Below, in pieces: positions 51,031-62,535 of a DNA stretch of 64,000 nucleotides (position 1 is the stretch's first letter; each line of letters starts with the position of its first letter). The position numbers and the translations under genes were made by a program. Source of the DNA: Octopus sinensis (Eukaryota); contig NC_043010.1 in the NCBI RefSeq assembly GCF_006345805.1, positions 27,900,001 through 27,964,000 of the forward strand, written 5' to 3'. The notes below the pieces were generated by a model. That model was given only the letters and a program-made list of their open reading frames with translations, was not told the DNA's origin and did no database searches.

Positions 51031-51112
51031 GGGATTACCTTAGGTTTCACGTCCATAAAGGGCTTAGCTTTATGATATATCATCGGATCCCAAAAGCTGC
51101 TAGCTTAAGCCC
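51031..51112 (-). ncRNA. Type I hammerhead with predicted loop II pseudoknot
   Basis: GGGAT-CCGATGA-stem II CATAAAG/CTTTATG-GAAAC-CTAAG-GTA-ATCCC; upstream GGCTTA is complementary to loop TAAGCC. Confidence 0.7.
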
Positions 51113-51139
51113 TCTCTAGATATGTGTGTATATATATAT

Positions 51140-51189
<50 letters not shown>

Positions 51190-51226
51190 ATATTGATCAA
51201 AATAAAAACATGATGCGAAGGATTCA

Positions 51227-51304
51227 GCGGTACATATGTTTTGGGCCTTTATTAGACAGATTTATAACAATGCATAATGTATGTCTGTGGCCTTCTTCAG
51301 CCGC
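51227..51304 (-). ncRNA. Hammerhead in the left pLTR (G12 to A)
   Basis: GCGG-CTGAAGA-A-GGCC...GGCCC-AAAAC-ATAT-GTA-CCGC. Confidence 0.65.
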
Positions 51305-52205
51305 GCACAACAGCTTCCACTTTAATATCTTATATCTAGACCTGGAAGCGTGAGCATATGCGTGTGTGTATGTAGTGATGAGCGCGCGTATGTACATGTG
51401 AGTGTGTACACGTATGGTGTCCGTGTATACATGCGGATATTCTGTTGTATGTATGTATGTGTACGCACGTGCGTGTGGGTGTGTGTGTGTTTATATGCAT
51501 GTTTACACGCGAGTGCGTGTGTATGCTTATAGGCTTGGAGGCGTATATGTACGCGTGTATATGGGTGTGTGTACCTATGTTGGTATGTATATACTAGAAG
51601 TCCAAATAATTCAAGGAACCAGATTAAACGCTCAACAGCTCTGATTTACAACGCATTAGGTCCCCAGACGAAACTGTTGATCTACTGACAATTCTACAAC
51701 TAAATTTTATCAATCTCCTGACCACCATGCTTGGTCCTTAACCTCTATACATCCCTTATCTTTATATTTTTTTATATTTTGTTACATTTTTATCATGTTT
51801 TTTTACTTTTATTTTTATTTCTATTTCTATTTTTACTTTATAACCTTATGCCTTTGCATTTATTTATATTTCTTTATATTTCTTTATATTCTTTATACCC
51901 CCTTTACATCTCCTTATATCTCTTTATATCTTTATGCTCTACATTTTTATATTTTTCTATACTTACACTTTTTATACATTTTTTATCCCTCGTCCTGAAT
52001 TCTCGCCCATCTTCACGTATATACATGTATTTATTTATTTACATTACTTCAACATCCATTTTTCCTCATCCTACATTGAGAGAAGAAAGAGATGGACGCT
52101 TCAATTCTATGCTGCTGCCGCATTATGTCGTACGCGAATGGGAGGATTTGCATCCCCAACCAAGAATTTCTGATGTAACACATGTCCTTGTGGAAGCTGT
52201 TGTGC

Positions 52206-52282
52206 GCGGCTGAAGAAGGCCACAGACATACATTATGCATTGTTATAAATCTGTCTAATAAAGGCCCGAACATATGTACCGC
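52206..52282 (+). ncRNA. Hammerhead in the right pLTR (one A lost from GAAA)
   Basis: GCGG-CTGAAGA-A-GGCC...GGCCC-GAAC-ATAT-GTA-CCGC. Confidence 0.65.
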
Positions 52283-52467
52283 TGAATCCTTCGCATCATG
52301 TTTTTATTTTGATCAATTTACTCCACCACCTACACCACAAAACGGTATACACAGGTGCTTATAATTATCAAGTACTCACCCCGAATTTCTATATATGTGT
52401 ATATATATATATACATATATATATACATATATATACATATATATATATATATACATACACACATATA

Positions 52468-52531
<64 letters not shown>

Positions 52532-52617
52532 TATACATATATATATACATATATATAACATATATATAGTATATATATATATATATACATATATATATGT
52601 ATGTATGTATATATAAT

Positions 52618-52657
<40 letters not shown>

Positions 52658-52683
52658 AATGTATGTATGTATATATATATGTA

Positions 52684-52901
52684 TTCTGTTGTGTCTAGGG
52701 AGAGTGATTTTCTTTTAGTGCTTTATAATTTAACACACTCACCAGTAAAATTTCTACTTATTTCTTATTTTTATTTTCCTAAAATTTTCATTGCATCTTG
52801 CAACCTTTTCAATAGTCTTGACTCTGTCCGTTATTATTTACCGGTGAGTGTGTTAAATTATAAGGCACAAAAAGAAAATGACTCTCCCCAGACACAACAG
52901 A
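52684..52901. mobile_element. 218-bp MITE with TIRs of about 68 bp and TA TSD
   Basis: TA-TTCTGTTGTGTCT...AGACACAACAGAA-TA. Confidence 0.9.
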
Positions 52902-53150
52902 ATATGCTTCAACATATGAACTCACATAAAGAATCTTGCAAACCAAATCAAAAAACGAAATATATATGCCTGTATATATGTAGATATATATATTCATATG
53001 TAAATTTGTATATATAAACATATGATGGTGATGATGATAAAATCACACATGTATGTGTGTCTGTGTGTGTACACAGACACATACATGTATCTATACATAT
53101 GTGTGTATGTATGCATATATACACACACATACATACATACATTCAGGCAC

Positions 53151-53216
<66 letters not shown>

Positions 53217-53634
53217 ACACAGTCATTCCCATTATTAGTTAAGAATACAGTTTAAAATTACAGAACTCCACTGAATGGCCTGTAATGCACTTGATCTCCC
53301 TGTATTCTTCTGCCGTTGCTGTTACCAGCTGTTTATTCACTCGTTAAGCACCCACTGTACATCTATTACAACCCATTGTACACCCCTTTTATACCCATCG
53401 TATACCACTTGTGAATGCACGTGACCTAGTGTTTAGGATTATGCACTCACGATTGCAAGCACATAGTTTCAAACCCAGAACTGGACGGTATGTTCTGTTC
53501 TTATACAGAATACTTGTACCATGTTGTCTTGCACTCACTTCGAAATCTGACATGCAGCACACCTTGCACTTGTACAGGTAACATCCATTTGGTGGAGAGA
53601 ATGAGCTAATGTACAGCAATTACAGGTAATCAGT

Positions 53635-53890
53635 GGAGGCGCATGACTTAGTGGTTAGGGTGTCAGCACCATGATCGTAAGATTGTGGTTTCGATTCCTG
53701 GACTGGGCAACGTGTTGTGTTCTTGAGCAAAACACTTCATTTCATATTCCTCCAGTCCACTCAGCTGGCAAAAAGGAATAACACTGCAATGGACTGGTGT
53801 CCTGTCCAGCTGGGGAACACATACGCCATAGAAACTGGGAAACCGGGCCTATGAGCCTCGTTAGGCTTTAAAAAAGGGCGCATTTATTTT
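53635..53890 (+). mobile_element. tRNA-headed SINE, D-type core with a distinct tail
   Basis: GGAGGCGCATGACTTAGTGG...CTTGAGCAAAACACTT...GAAACTGGGAAACCGGG. Confidence 0.85.
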
Positions 53891-54085
53891 TTTTTATTAC
53901 AGGTGATCACTATAAACAAATCATTTGTGTAGGTTGATCAGCAAGAAACTGCACCACCCTCATCTGACATCTACAACATTTGAGCTCATGATACCCATTG
54001 CATGATATCCCATTGCATACTCAATACACACCCTTTATTTCTTTTTATATTGGTCTTTGTCCCTTCATTTATGTTAGTATTGTTT

Positions 54086-54384
54086 GTTCCTTCTTGAGCC
54101 ATGCCTGGCACATAAGGGCCAGTTTCCCGGTTTCCTTGGCATAAAGGTTCGCCACCTGGATGGAACACCGGTCCATCACAGGTGAGCTGCAAGATGCAGG
54201 AGGAAAGAGTGAGAGAAATTTGTGGCGAAAGAGTCAGGAGAGGTTCGCCATTACTTTCTGCCGGAGCCACTTGGAGCTTAGGTGTTTCGCTTATAAAAAT
54301 ACACATCGCCCAGTCTGAGATTCGAACCTATGATCCCTCAATCACAAGCCCGCTGCTCTAACCACTAGGCCATGTGCCTCCACA
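54086..54384 (-). mobile_element. SINE family H, full length
   Basis: Minus head GGAGGCACATGGCCTAGTGG and GGTTCGAATC B-box. Confidence 0.8.
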
Positions 54385-54578
54385 ATGTAAAGACAGACGA
54401 AATACCATTAAGCATTTTGCCCGGTGCAATAGCATTTCTGCCAGCTCGCTGCCTTTATGTTAGTATAGTTTCCTAAAATAAAACCCAATTTGGTGTTATA
54501 GTGATATCAGGATTACCATTCTATAGAGGTAATGTCGAATAAATGAAACACTATAATTTAGTCAGTATGAGAGAAAGA

Positions 54579-54968
54579 GGGGTCACCATCTTGTACGTAA
54601 CAACAAGAAAATAGAAATTCATGAGACGCTTGTAATGAGTCATAACATTTATTACTAGAAATAATGTGTTAGCATATAAGGTTAATTGAAGGAAAGCTTG
54701 TAACATTACATGAATATATCCTGTTTGCAAACCACATGTCTCCAAGTGAGTGAGGCGAATGTGTGCACGAGCAGGTGTGTATGTGCGGCAACCTGACTCA
54801 GGTATGTTGAAGATTCAACAAACACTAAGTGGCGCAAATTTAGAAATTCCTTCCTTTATATAAGGGATGACTCAGAAGTCCCAGACTTCCACGTAAACTG
54901 GAAGTTTCCAGAAAGCTCTCAAATATTCTAGAAGCTCAAGGGAGATTACTCTCTTTAAATCCCTTTTC
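54579..54968 (-). mobile_element. Probable 5' LTR plus tRNA-Trp-type primer binding site
   Basis: Minus-strand order: HSE, AP-1, TATATAAA (54862-54855), AATAAA (54653-54648), end GTACA at 54592, AGA, TGGTGACCCC (54588-54579). Confidence 0.55.
54855..54934. promoter_or_regulatory. Heat-shock element, AP-1 site and TATA module
   Basis: Seven in-phase alternating nGAAn units at 54900-54934 (5 perfect); TGACTCA at 54868; TATA at 54855. Confidence 0.6.
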
Positions 54969-55630
54969 TGTTTTACTTCCCTGCTTGACTGCCAGAGTTC
55001 ACTACAGTGTGTTTCACAATTAAGCCAGGGTCCTTAATTGAAGAGAAAAACACATTTTATTCTAAAGGACCAGAGAAAATGCTTACAAATATTTTTTTGT
55101 CTGTGGACATGAACACATGCATACAAGTGAAATGACAGAAGACAAATTAAAATAAAGTTAGAATTTGTGTTTGAAGCAAATTAAATTATGTATACGTTAT
55201 CAATTGGCATATTTAATATATGTGCATTAGTAAATGGTGTGAAGCTGCAATACTTCAGCCAGGGAAGAGCCCTTTCATGTCTGTGTGTGAGTGTGTGAGT
55301 GAAAAATGTAAAATGCTTATTGATTCACATTGTTTTGAATTAATCATCCGTCCAACCCATGCCAGCATGGAAAATGGACGTTATCTCATAGCTTTGAGGT
55401 TTTATTTATATAATTGCTTATTTTTAGAATGACATTATAGGCTAGGTATGAGAGGCCAGATCTGGTCAGTTTGATCATAAAATGGGTTGAATATTTGGAC
55501 CCGGATATGGCCAGTTTAAATGCTAATGGGTTAAATGTATTTTTTGTTTGCTTTTGTTGTTTGTCCATTAATTAAATAATTAATTGCTTATTTGTTTGTG
55601 TTTAGTTATAATTTTTATTCATATTTTCTT

Positions 55631-55655
55631 TTCCTTTTTTCTTTTTTCTTTGTAG
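55631..55655 (+). other. Splice acceptor preceding the coding exon
   Basis: 25-nt polypyrimidine tract ending TAG at 55653-55655, 5 nt before ATG. Confidence 0.75.
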
Positions 55656-55660
55656 TTACC

Positions 55661-56503
55661 ATGTCGGAGAAGAAGAAAAAACGGCCTCCCTTAACAAGAG
55701 CTGCCACAGAAGTGAACGAAAACACTCTGAAAGCACTGAACCAAATCCGCCATCCTTCACTCTACAAAAAGAACCATGCTAAATCCTCGGCTGGGGCTGA
55801 TTTCAACATGACTTCAGGCATGCGAAGGATCGAAAGGGCTCGTAGTAATGTTAAAGATCTCCCAAAACCAATGCCAGCCATAGACCCGTATATGGACATA
55901 CCTGGCTGTAAGCTGTCCCGACATCGTTCCTGTCCACATTTACTCGATGAAGACGATGATGACGATGAACACACCCCTGTTTCTAGTGATGTTGATGATT
56001 TCTGCGGCTCTTACGGTGGGAGTACTATGACAGAGCACCAGGATTACCAATGGCATCCTATAAAGGTGACAGCGGCAAGTAGGGGTGACAGGGGCGACAC
56101 AACCAACCACACTGACTACTATAGCTCAAACCCAAAAGTAATGGACAGTTACAATGATTGGTCTCAGAATGAATGTGATGGCCATCGAGAAGGAAAGAAA
56201 CAGTTCAGAGATCCACCATTTTCTGCCAAAATCCATTCGTCGTCTTCGTTAATGTCTCCAACGGAAGACATGTTTCGTTTTGACCGGATCTCGACAAGTG
56301 TCTCAGACAACTTCTCCGACATTGAAGAACCAAATTCGGAACTGATTCTAGAAGACAGAGTAAGTGACTCTGAGGATCAGGATTATCCTCTTCATTCTGG
56401 ACGTGAGGGTGATGCCAAATGTAACCAATGGTTACAAGGCTTGCAATTGTCACAGACAGATCGACTCAAATCTAGGAGTCACCTTAGACTGCCGCCAGTA
56501 TAA
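55661..56503 (+). CDS. Uncharacterised 280-aa acidic, probably disordered protein (single coding exon)
   Basis: Uninterrupted non-repetitive ORF with higher GC than its flanks; ATG in ACCATG context after an acceptor; N-terminal KKKKRP, RHRSCP, C-terminal KCNQWLQGL...RLPPV. Confidence 0.85.
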   Translation: MSEKKKKRPPLTRAATEVNENTLKALNQIRHPSLYKKNHAKSSAGADFNMTSGMRRIERARSNVKDLPKPMPAIDPYMDIPGCKLSRHRSCPHLLDEDDDDDEHTPVSSDVDDFCGSYGGSTMTEHQDYQWHPIKVTAASRGDRGDTTNHTDYYSSNPKVMDSYNDWSQNECDGHREGKKQFRDPPFSAKIHSSSSLMSPTEDMFRFDRISTSVSDNFSDIEEPNSELILEDRVSDSEDQDYPLHSGREGDAKCNQWLQGLQLSQTDRLKSRSHLRLPPV

Positions 56504-56764
56504 TGACCGATTTGTTTTTGTTTTGTTTCTATTTTCTTTTTTTTTTTAATCAGTAAACCTTTGTTGCTCTTTCTCTTGGTTTTCTCCATTCTTTCCATCA
56601 GATTCTACTGCTGTGTGCTGTACAGTTAAAATTGGATTTTAAAATTAAATATATTTAATCTCTTTAACTTATTTTGTTTTTTTCCATTTTTAAACTCAGT
56701 CTTGTTATTGTTGTTATCATCATCATCATCATCATCATCATCATTATTACTATTAATAATATAA

Positions 56765-57010
56765 AGGTGGCAAAGTCGTTAGCATGCTGAGCAAAATGCT
56801 TAGTGGCGTTTCATCCCATCTTTACATTCTGAGTTCAAATGCCGCCGAGGTCAACTTTGCCTTGCATCCTTTCAAGGTCGATAAAATGAGTACGAGTCAA
56901 GCACTGGGGTTGATGTAATCCTTTCGGGGTTGATGAAATGAGTATCATTTCAGCGCTTGGGTCAATGTAAATGACCCCAAAATTTTAAGCTTTGTACCTA
57001 TACTACAGAA
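56765..57010 (+). mobile_element. SINE family B plus a partial second copy
   Basis: Head AAGGTGGCAAAGTCGTTAGCATG and body motif. Confidence 0.8.
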
Positions 57011-57011
57011 G

Positions 57012-57050
<39 letters not shown>

Positions 57051-57422
57051 GCTTTCCTGGAATCTGTAGGAGTGGACAGCAGCCTGCTCAGAGGTCTCAC
57101 AGGGTCTCTTACTGCAGGGTCTCTTATAAGCTTTGATACTTGGTTGTTAATTACCATGGAAGACATTCGACATCCAAATACCAATCTCAAAATCCTGGCT
57201 TGAGAAATTTGTCAAAGAAATCGGAATTGACATGAGAGCAGAGCAAGGCCAAAAAACTGCTCTGCTGAGGACAGCCAGGATTTTGAGATTGGTATTTGGA
57301 TGTTGAATATCTCCCATGGTAATTAACAACCAAGTATCAAAGCTTATGAGAGACCCTGCAGTAAGAGACACTGTGAGACCTCTGAGCAGGCTGCTGTCCA
57401 CTCCTACAGATTCCAGTAAAGC
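57051..57422. mobile_element. R4/Dong-like LINE 3' end with inverted duplication (150-bp arms)
   Basis: Arms at 57051-57200 and 57273-57422; the spacer reads QKTALLRTARILRL on +; (ATT)n on the left and (TAA)n on the right. Confidence 0.9.
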
Positions 57423-57481
57423 AATAATAATAATAATAATAATGATTTCTTTTATTGGCCACAAGGGCTTAAGACATGGAA

Positions 57482-57529
<48 letters not shown>

Positions 57530-57537
<8 letters not shown>

Positions 57538-58810
57538 CATCTGTTGGGGTCATTTACATTTCTCTCGGGTATTCTCTATGCAGTGATTTCATTTTCCAAT
57601 GGTTTACTCTTTCTTCTTCATCTTGTTTCTTAAATGTTTGTGGGTGCATCACATTTTCAGTAGGTACTGTATTGTTAATTCTAACAGTGGTAAGCAAGGA
57701 TTCACTCTGCTGTTTAATGTACCATCCCAGACTGTTCTCCTCATTGACAACACAGAGCTTGCATTCTATGAGACCTCTTCCACCCCTGTTTCTAGGCACA
57801 TACAATCTGTCAGTATTGCTTTTGGGGTGTAGTCCCTTGTTAATTGTCATCACTTTTCTAGTTTCCCTGTCCCTTTCCTCAAGCTCGTCCTTTGCCTACC
57901 AAACAACACCTGTGCCGTATCACATTAAGGAAACAGCCCAGGTGTTCATTGCCCTGATTTTGTTTTTTTCCTTTAAGTCTACTTCCCATCACTAATTTGG
58001 TTCTTCTGAGATATTCTCACTTAAAGCTTTCTTTCATTTCACTTTCCTTGATATTGTCGTATTCTAAAATCCCCAAATATTTATATCCATTTGTCTCAAT
58101 ATCCTTGATTTCCTCACCGTTGGATAGCTCTACACCACCATACAATACTACTTTGCCTCTTTGTATAATAAGCATACCACACTTTTTAGTCCCAAACTCC
58201 ATTCCAATATCTCTATTGTTGAGACTTGGCCATTTATTTCACGTTCAGTCTTTCCAAAGATCTTTATATATAACAGATGATTTAATTTTCCTCCACTTTC
58301 CAAAGTGTACCCCGATGTCACTTTCAATAGTATCTGTGTGAGGAGTATCATACAAATCACAAACTGCAATGGTGATTGGCTGTCTCCTTGAAATATGTCT
58401 CTCTTGATGTTAAAACCCTCACCAAAAATTTTCCACATGAAGTTAACTCTGTATTCCAGCTTTTCATGATCTAATAAGATTTGATATGTTATCAGGCACC
58501 TGTACCTGCTCTAGTCTTTCTAAAATCCAGGAATGGGGACCATGTCATACGATTTCTTACAATCCATCCATGCCATGCCCAGATTAGTAAGCCTTTTCTT
58601 GTAGATATTCAGTACCATTCTATGAATCAGAAGTTGGTCTTTTGTCCCTCAACTTTTCCTTCTGCACTCTTTCTCTTCCACTGACAGTTTGTCATTCATT
58701 TCCTGGAAATTATGCACATAATTAGATATCCCTGCCATCAACTTCCACATCAGCAGCAGACAGGTGATAGGCTGGTAATTATCCACTGCATTGCCATTTT
58801 ATGGGATCCT
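57530..58810 (-). pseudogene. R4/Dong-like LINE reverse transcriptase remnant
   Basis: IFQGDSQSP, NHLLY, FGTKKC, YKYLGILE and GLHPKSNTDRLYVPRNRGGRGL with frameshifts. Confidence 0.9.
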
Positions 58811-58850
58811 TTTGGCAAAGAATTGTTTTATCTGTGGTCAGCCACTTTAG

Positions 58851-59067
58851 CCCTTTTGTTACCAACCCGGCTGAAACCGGCTCTGGCTCTGTTGTACAAA
58901 TGTCCTGTTTCCATAAGTTTTAAATTAAAATCTTCCACCAAACCTTAGTCACAATTTATGTTCCTAATACAAGCTGAATGGTAACTAAGTCATTTTACTA
59001 AATTCTTTGTTATAAAGTAATTGAAACAAACACAGAACATCTCAAAATAAATACAGTAACGAAAGGG
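58851..59067. mobile_element. piggyBac-like MITE
   Basis: CCCTTTTGTTACCAA ... GTAACGAAAGGG-TTAA. Confidence 0.85.
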
Positions 59068-59214
59068 TTAAGATTTGTACACTACAGTTGATCATTTTAT
59101 CCATTTGCATGGCTATTCTTCTGTGTAATGCTGAGAAATTTTTCAGCCAATTTGGTCCTAGGCATTTCCAGTTTGGGATTTTTTTTGTCAGTTCAGTTAC
59201 TATTTCAGTCATTA

Positions 59215-60599
59215 CTCTATATTATTATGTGACCGCTCAAAGTAAAAGACAGACTGTATGATGCATGTGTACGTACAACCATGCTACATGGTAGTGAAAC
59301 TTGGGCTGTGACTGCTGAGGATTTGCGTAAGCTCGCAAGAAATGAAGCTAGTATGCTCCGATGGATGTGTAACGTCAGTGTTCATAATCGACAGAGTGTA
59401 AGTACCTTGAGAGAAAAGTTGAACCTAAAAAGCATCAGTTGTTCTGTGCAAGAGAGACGTATGCGCTGGTATGGTCATGTGATGAGAATGGCTGAAGATA
59501 GTTGTGTGCGAAAGTGCCACACCCTGGCAGTTGAGGGGACCTATGGAAGAGGTAGACCCAGGAAAACCTGGGTCGAGGCGGTGAAGCACGACCTTCGAAC
59601 TTTAGGTCTCACCAAGGAAATGACCAGTGACCGAGACCTTTGGAAGTATGCTGTGCGTGAGAAAACCCGGCAAGACCAGTGAGAACAGTCAAAATCAAAA
59701 TCAAACCAAATTGAGGTCGATCAACATCAGGGCCTCCGTGCAGGTGACATGTAAAAGCACCATCCGTTCGTAGCCGTTTGCCAGCCCTGTCTGGCCCCCG
59801 TGTCGGTGGCACGTAAAAGCACCAGCCGTTTGTGTTCATTGCCAGCCTGGCCTGGCCCCCGTGCGGTGACACGTAAAAGCACCATCCGTTTGTGGCCGTT
59901 TGCCAGCTCTGTCTGGCCCCCGTGCCGGTGACACGTAAAAGCACCATCCATTCGTGGCCGTTTGCCAGCCCTGTCTGACCCCCATGTCGGTGACATGTAA
60001 AAGCACCATCCATTCGTGTCCGTTGCCAGCCTCGCCTGGCCCCCGTGCCGGTGACACGTAAAAGCACCATCCGTTCGTGCCCGTTGCCAGCCTCGCCTGG
60101 CCCCCGTGCCGGTGATACGTAAAAGCACTATCCGTTCGTGGCCGTTTGCCAGCCCTGTCTGGCCCCCGTGTCAGTGGCATGTAAAAGCACCATCCGTTCG
60201 TGTCCGTTGCCAGCCTCGCCTGGCCCCCGTGCCGGTGACACGTAAAAGCACCATCCGTTTCGTGGCCGTTTGCCAGCTCTGTCTGGCCCCCGTGTTGGTG
60301 GCACGTAAAAGCACCATCCGTTCGTGTCCGTTGCCAGCCTCGCCTGGCCCCGTGCCGGTGACACGTAAAAGCACCATCCGTTTGTGGCCGTTTGCCAGCT
60401 CTGTCTGGCACCTGTGCGGGTGGCACGTAAAAAGCACCCACTACACTCACGGAGTGGTTGGCGTTAGGAAGGGCATCCAGCCGTAGAAACACTGCCAGAT
60501 CTGACTGGGCCTGATGAAGCCTTCCAGCTTCACAGACCCCAGTTGAACCGTCCAAGCCATGCTAGCATGGAGAACGGACGCTAAATGATGATGAAGATG

Positions 60600-60600
<1 letters not shown>
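59215..60600 (+). mobile_element. 5'-truncated RTE LINE: ORF2 end, 3' UTR and (ATG)n tail
   Basis: MLHGSETWAVT...RMRWYGHVMRM...GRGRPRKTW. Confidence 0.92.
59742..60435 (+). repeat. Tandem repeat of about 61 bp (11 units, two subtypes) in the RTE 3' UTR
   Basis: GTGACACGTAAAAGCACCATCCGTTCGTG...GCCCCCGTGCCG. Confidence 0.95.
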
Positions 60601-60650
<50 letters not shown>

Positions 60651-60654
60651 AATC

Positions 60655-60858
60655 ATCAGCATGTCGGGTGAAATGCTTAGTGGCATTTTGTCTGTCTCTA
60701 CATTCTGAGTTCAAATTCTGCTGAGATCAACTTTGCCTTTCATCCTTTTGGGGAGGTCAATAAATTAAATACCAGTTGAGTACTGGGGTCGATGTAATCG
60801 ACTTAACCCCTCCCTTCCAAAAAATTCCTGGCCTTGTACTTATAGTAGAAATGATTAT
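60655..60858 (+). mobile_element. SINE family B
   Basis: Head and body motifs after (TTA)n. Confidence 0.85.
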
Positions 60859-61206
60859 TACCGCCGCCTTAGCAAAAGCAGAGGTATTGTTTTCAGTCGG
60901 GTTTGTTTGTTCGTGGACAAGATATCTCAAGAACCATTGGATGGATTCAGATGAAACTTTCAGGGATGTTTGGCCTGGTGACTAGCACGAACCAATTAGA
61001 TTTTGGGATTAATCCAGTACTGGACAAGTATTATGGATTAATTTTCCTGTATTTTTACTTAATTTTTGAGAGCAGTCAGGTTCATTTTTAGTATTCTCAT
61101 TTGTGAGAGCTGTCAAGTTTATTTCAAATATTCTCATTTTAAAAATCATCTCTGGCTAATCGTTGATATTGCCACAGTGAAGGTTTGCACTCTGAGTGCT
61201 CTTGTT
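60858..61206 (+). mobile_element. Helentron-associated (DINE-1/HINE-like) element
   Basis: Starts TTACCGCCGCCTT, has a short GTTT repeat, and a 3' GTGAAGGT followed by hairpin GCACTC-T-GAGTGC and a T-rich end. Confidence 0.55.
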
Positions 61207-61234
61207 ATTATTATTATTATTATTCACTGCCATG

Positions 61235-61565
61235 CAGGCCTGTTATGAGTGGCTTCAGTAGATGGAAACTGAAAGAGTCCATTGTATTTATGCATATGTG
61301 TGTGTTGCGGTCTCTTTGCCTTGACATAACATGATAGTTGTAAACAAATGTCACCATCATACAAGCAGTATCCTTTGTTTCCAGTCTTCCGTGAAAACAT
61401 GTCTGGCCATGGGGAAATATTACTTTGCTTGGAAACAAGTGAGAGTTGGCATCCAATCATAAAAAAAAATCAAGGAGGGCATCCAATCATAAAAAATCTG
61501 CCTCAATTAATTCTGTCCAACCCATGCAGGGCATAGAAAAATTGATGTTAAAAATGATGATTATG
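61235..61565 (+). mobile_element. SINE fragment with RTE-like tail (same family as 24270)
   Basis: GGCCATGGGGAAATATTAC...GTCCAACCCATGCAGGGCATAGAAAA. Confidence 0.7.
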
Positions 61566-62164
61566 ATACATTAAGAGAAATTTTTCACAGTTGACTTAGC
61601 AACTCCTTGAATGTTACAAAATGATGTTAGCTCCAATAGATCAGATATTAGGCTCAAATAGGTCAGATGATAGCCATAGGACTAAATCTACTGTTTGACA
61701 TTTAATTGTGTTCTCATGTGGACAGAATATTTAATTCAACTGCATGCTTTATTTCCTCATATTTGCATGAATTAAATCAGATATCAGTAATTTCTGGGAA
61801 AACTGCAACTATTTGTTGTGATGTTCATGCCTTTCACAAAGATATTAAATGGTAAAATTAACTACAATTGGAATCAAAACAGCAGCAGATGTTATAATCA
61901 GAAGTTTTTTGAAGCCACTGTGTATTTTATTTTGTTTACCAAGTCTGTAAGAATTAAAAGGAAACCTGCTTCTAGTGTTACTTGAAAATCTGAAATGAGA
62001 ACTACACCTATCACTCTCCAATTCCCTAAATAGACCTGAAAAGAAGGCAATATCTATCATTCTTCAAGTCTTTAGCTAGACCTAAAAGACATAAAAAAAA
62101 GATTTGCATCTAACATTCTACAGGCAACCAGTAGAAGCCTCATCAATTTTACATTCAACCATAG

Positions 62165-62535
62165 ATGCAAGCATGGCTGTGTGGTAAGAAGTTTGCTTCC
62201 CAATCCCATGGTCTCAGGTTCAGTTCCACTATGTTGCACTATGGGCAAGTGTCTTCTGTATTCTTGAGCCATCCAGTATCTTGTGAGTAGATTTGGTTGA
62301 TGGAGACTGAAAGAAGCCCATCTTGTGTGTGTGTGTGTCTTTGCATCTGTGTTTGTCCCCCAACACAGCTTGACAACCAGTATTGGTGTGTTTATGTCCC
62401 CATAACTTAGCAAAAAGAGACCAAATAAGTATGAGGATTAAAAAAAGTGCTGGGGTCAATTGGCTCAACTAGAATTCTTGAACGAGGTGCTCCAGCGTGG
62501 TCACAGTCTAATGACTGAAACAAGTAAAAGATGAA
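62165..62535 (+). mobile_element. SINE family A, full length, CpG-decayed
   Basis: Head GGCTGTGTGGTAAG and tail AATGACTGAAACAAGTAAAAG. Confidence 0.85.

Larger units (their letters stand above)
51193..52316 (+). mobile_element. Penelope-like element with inverted pLTR pair
   Basis: Near-identical arms at 51193-51320 and 52190-52316; NFINLLTT..G.LN remnant at about 51700-51745 resembles a GIY-YIG C-terminus. Confidence 0.7.

Noticed and set aside
55592-55660. Upstream extension of the 303-aa ORF
   Set aside because: Non-ATG start reading through the intronic polypyrimidine tract; the real start is more likely ATG 55661
59742-60435. CRISPR-like appearance of the regular arrays (also 49000-50220)
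   Set aside because: No unique spacers and no cas genes; eukaryotic LINE 3' UTR context
60508-60530. CTGATGAAGCC hammerhead-like start
   Set aside because: No GAAA or stems follow; the sister copy at 50281 reads CCTGGTGCAGCC
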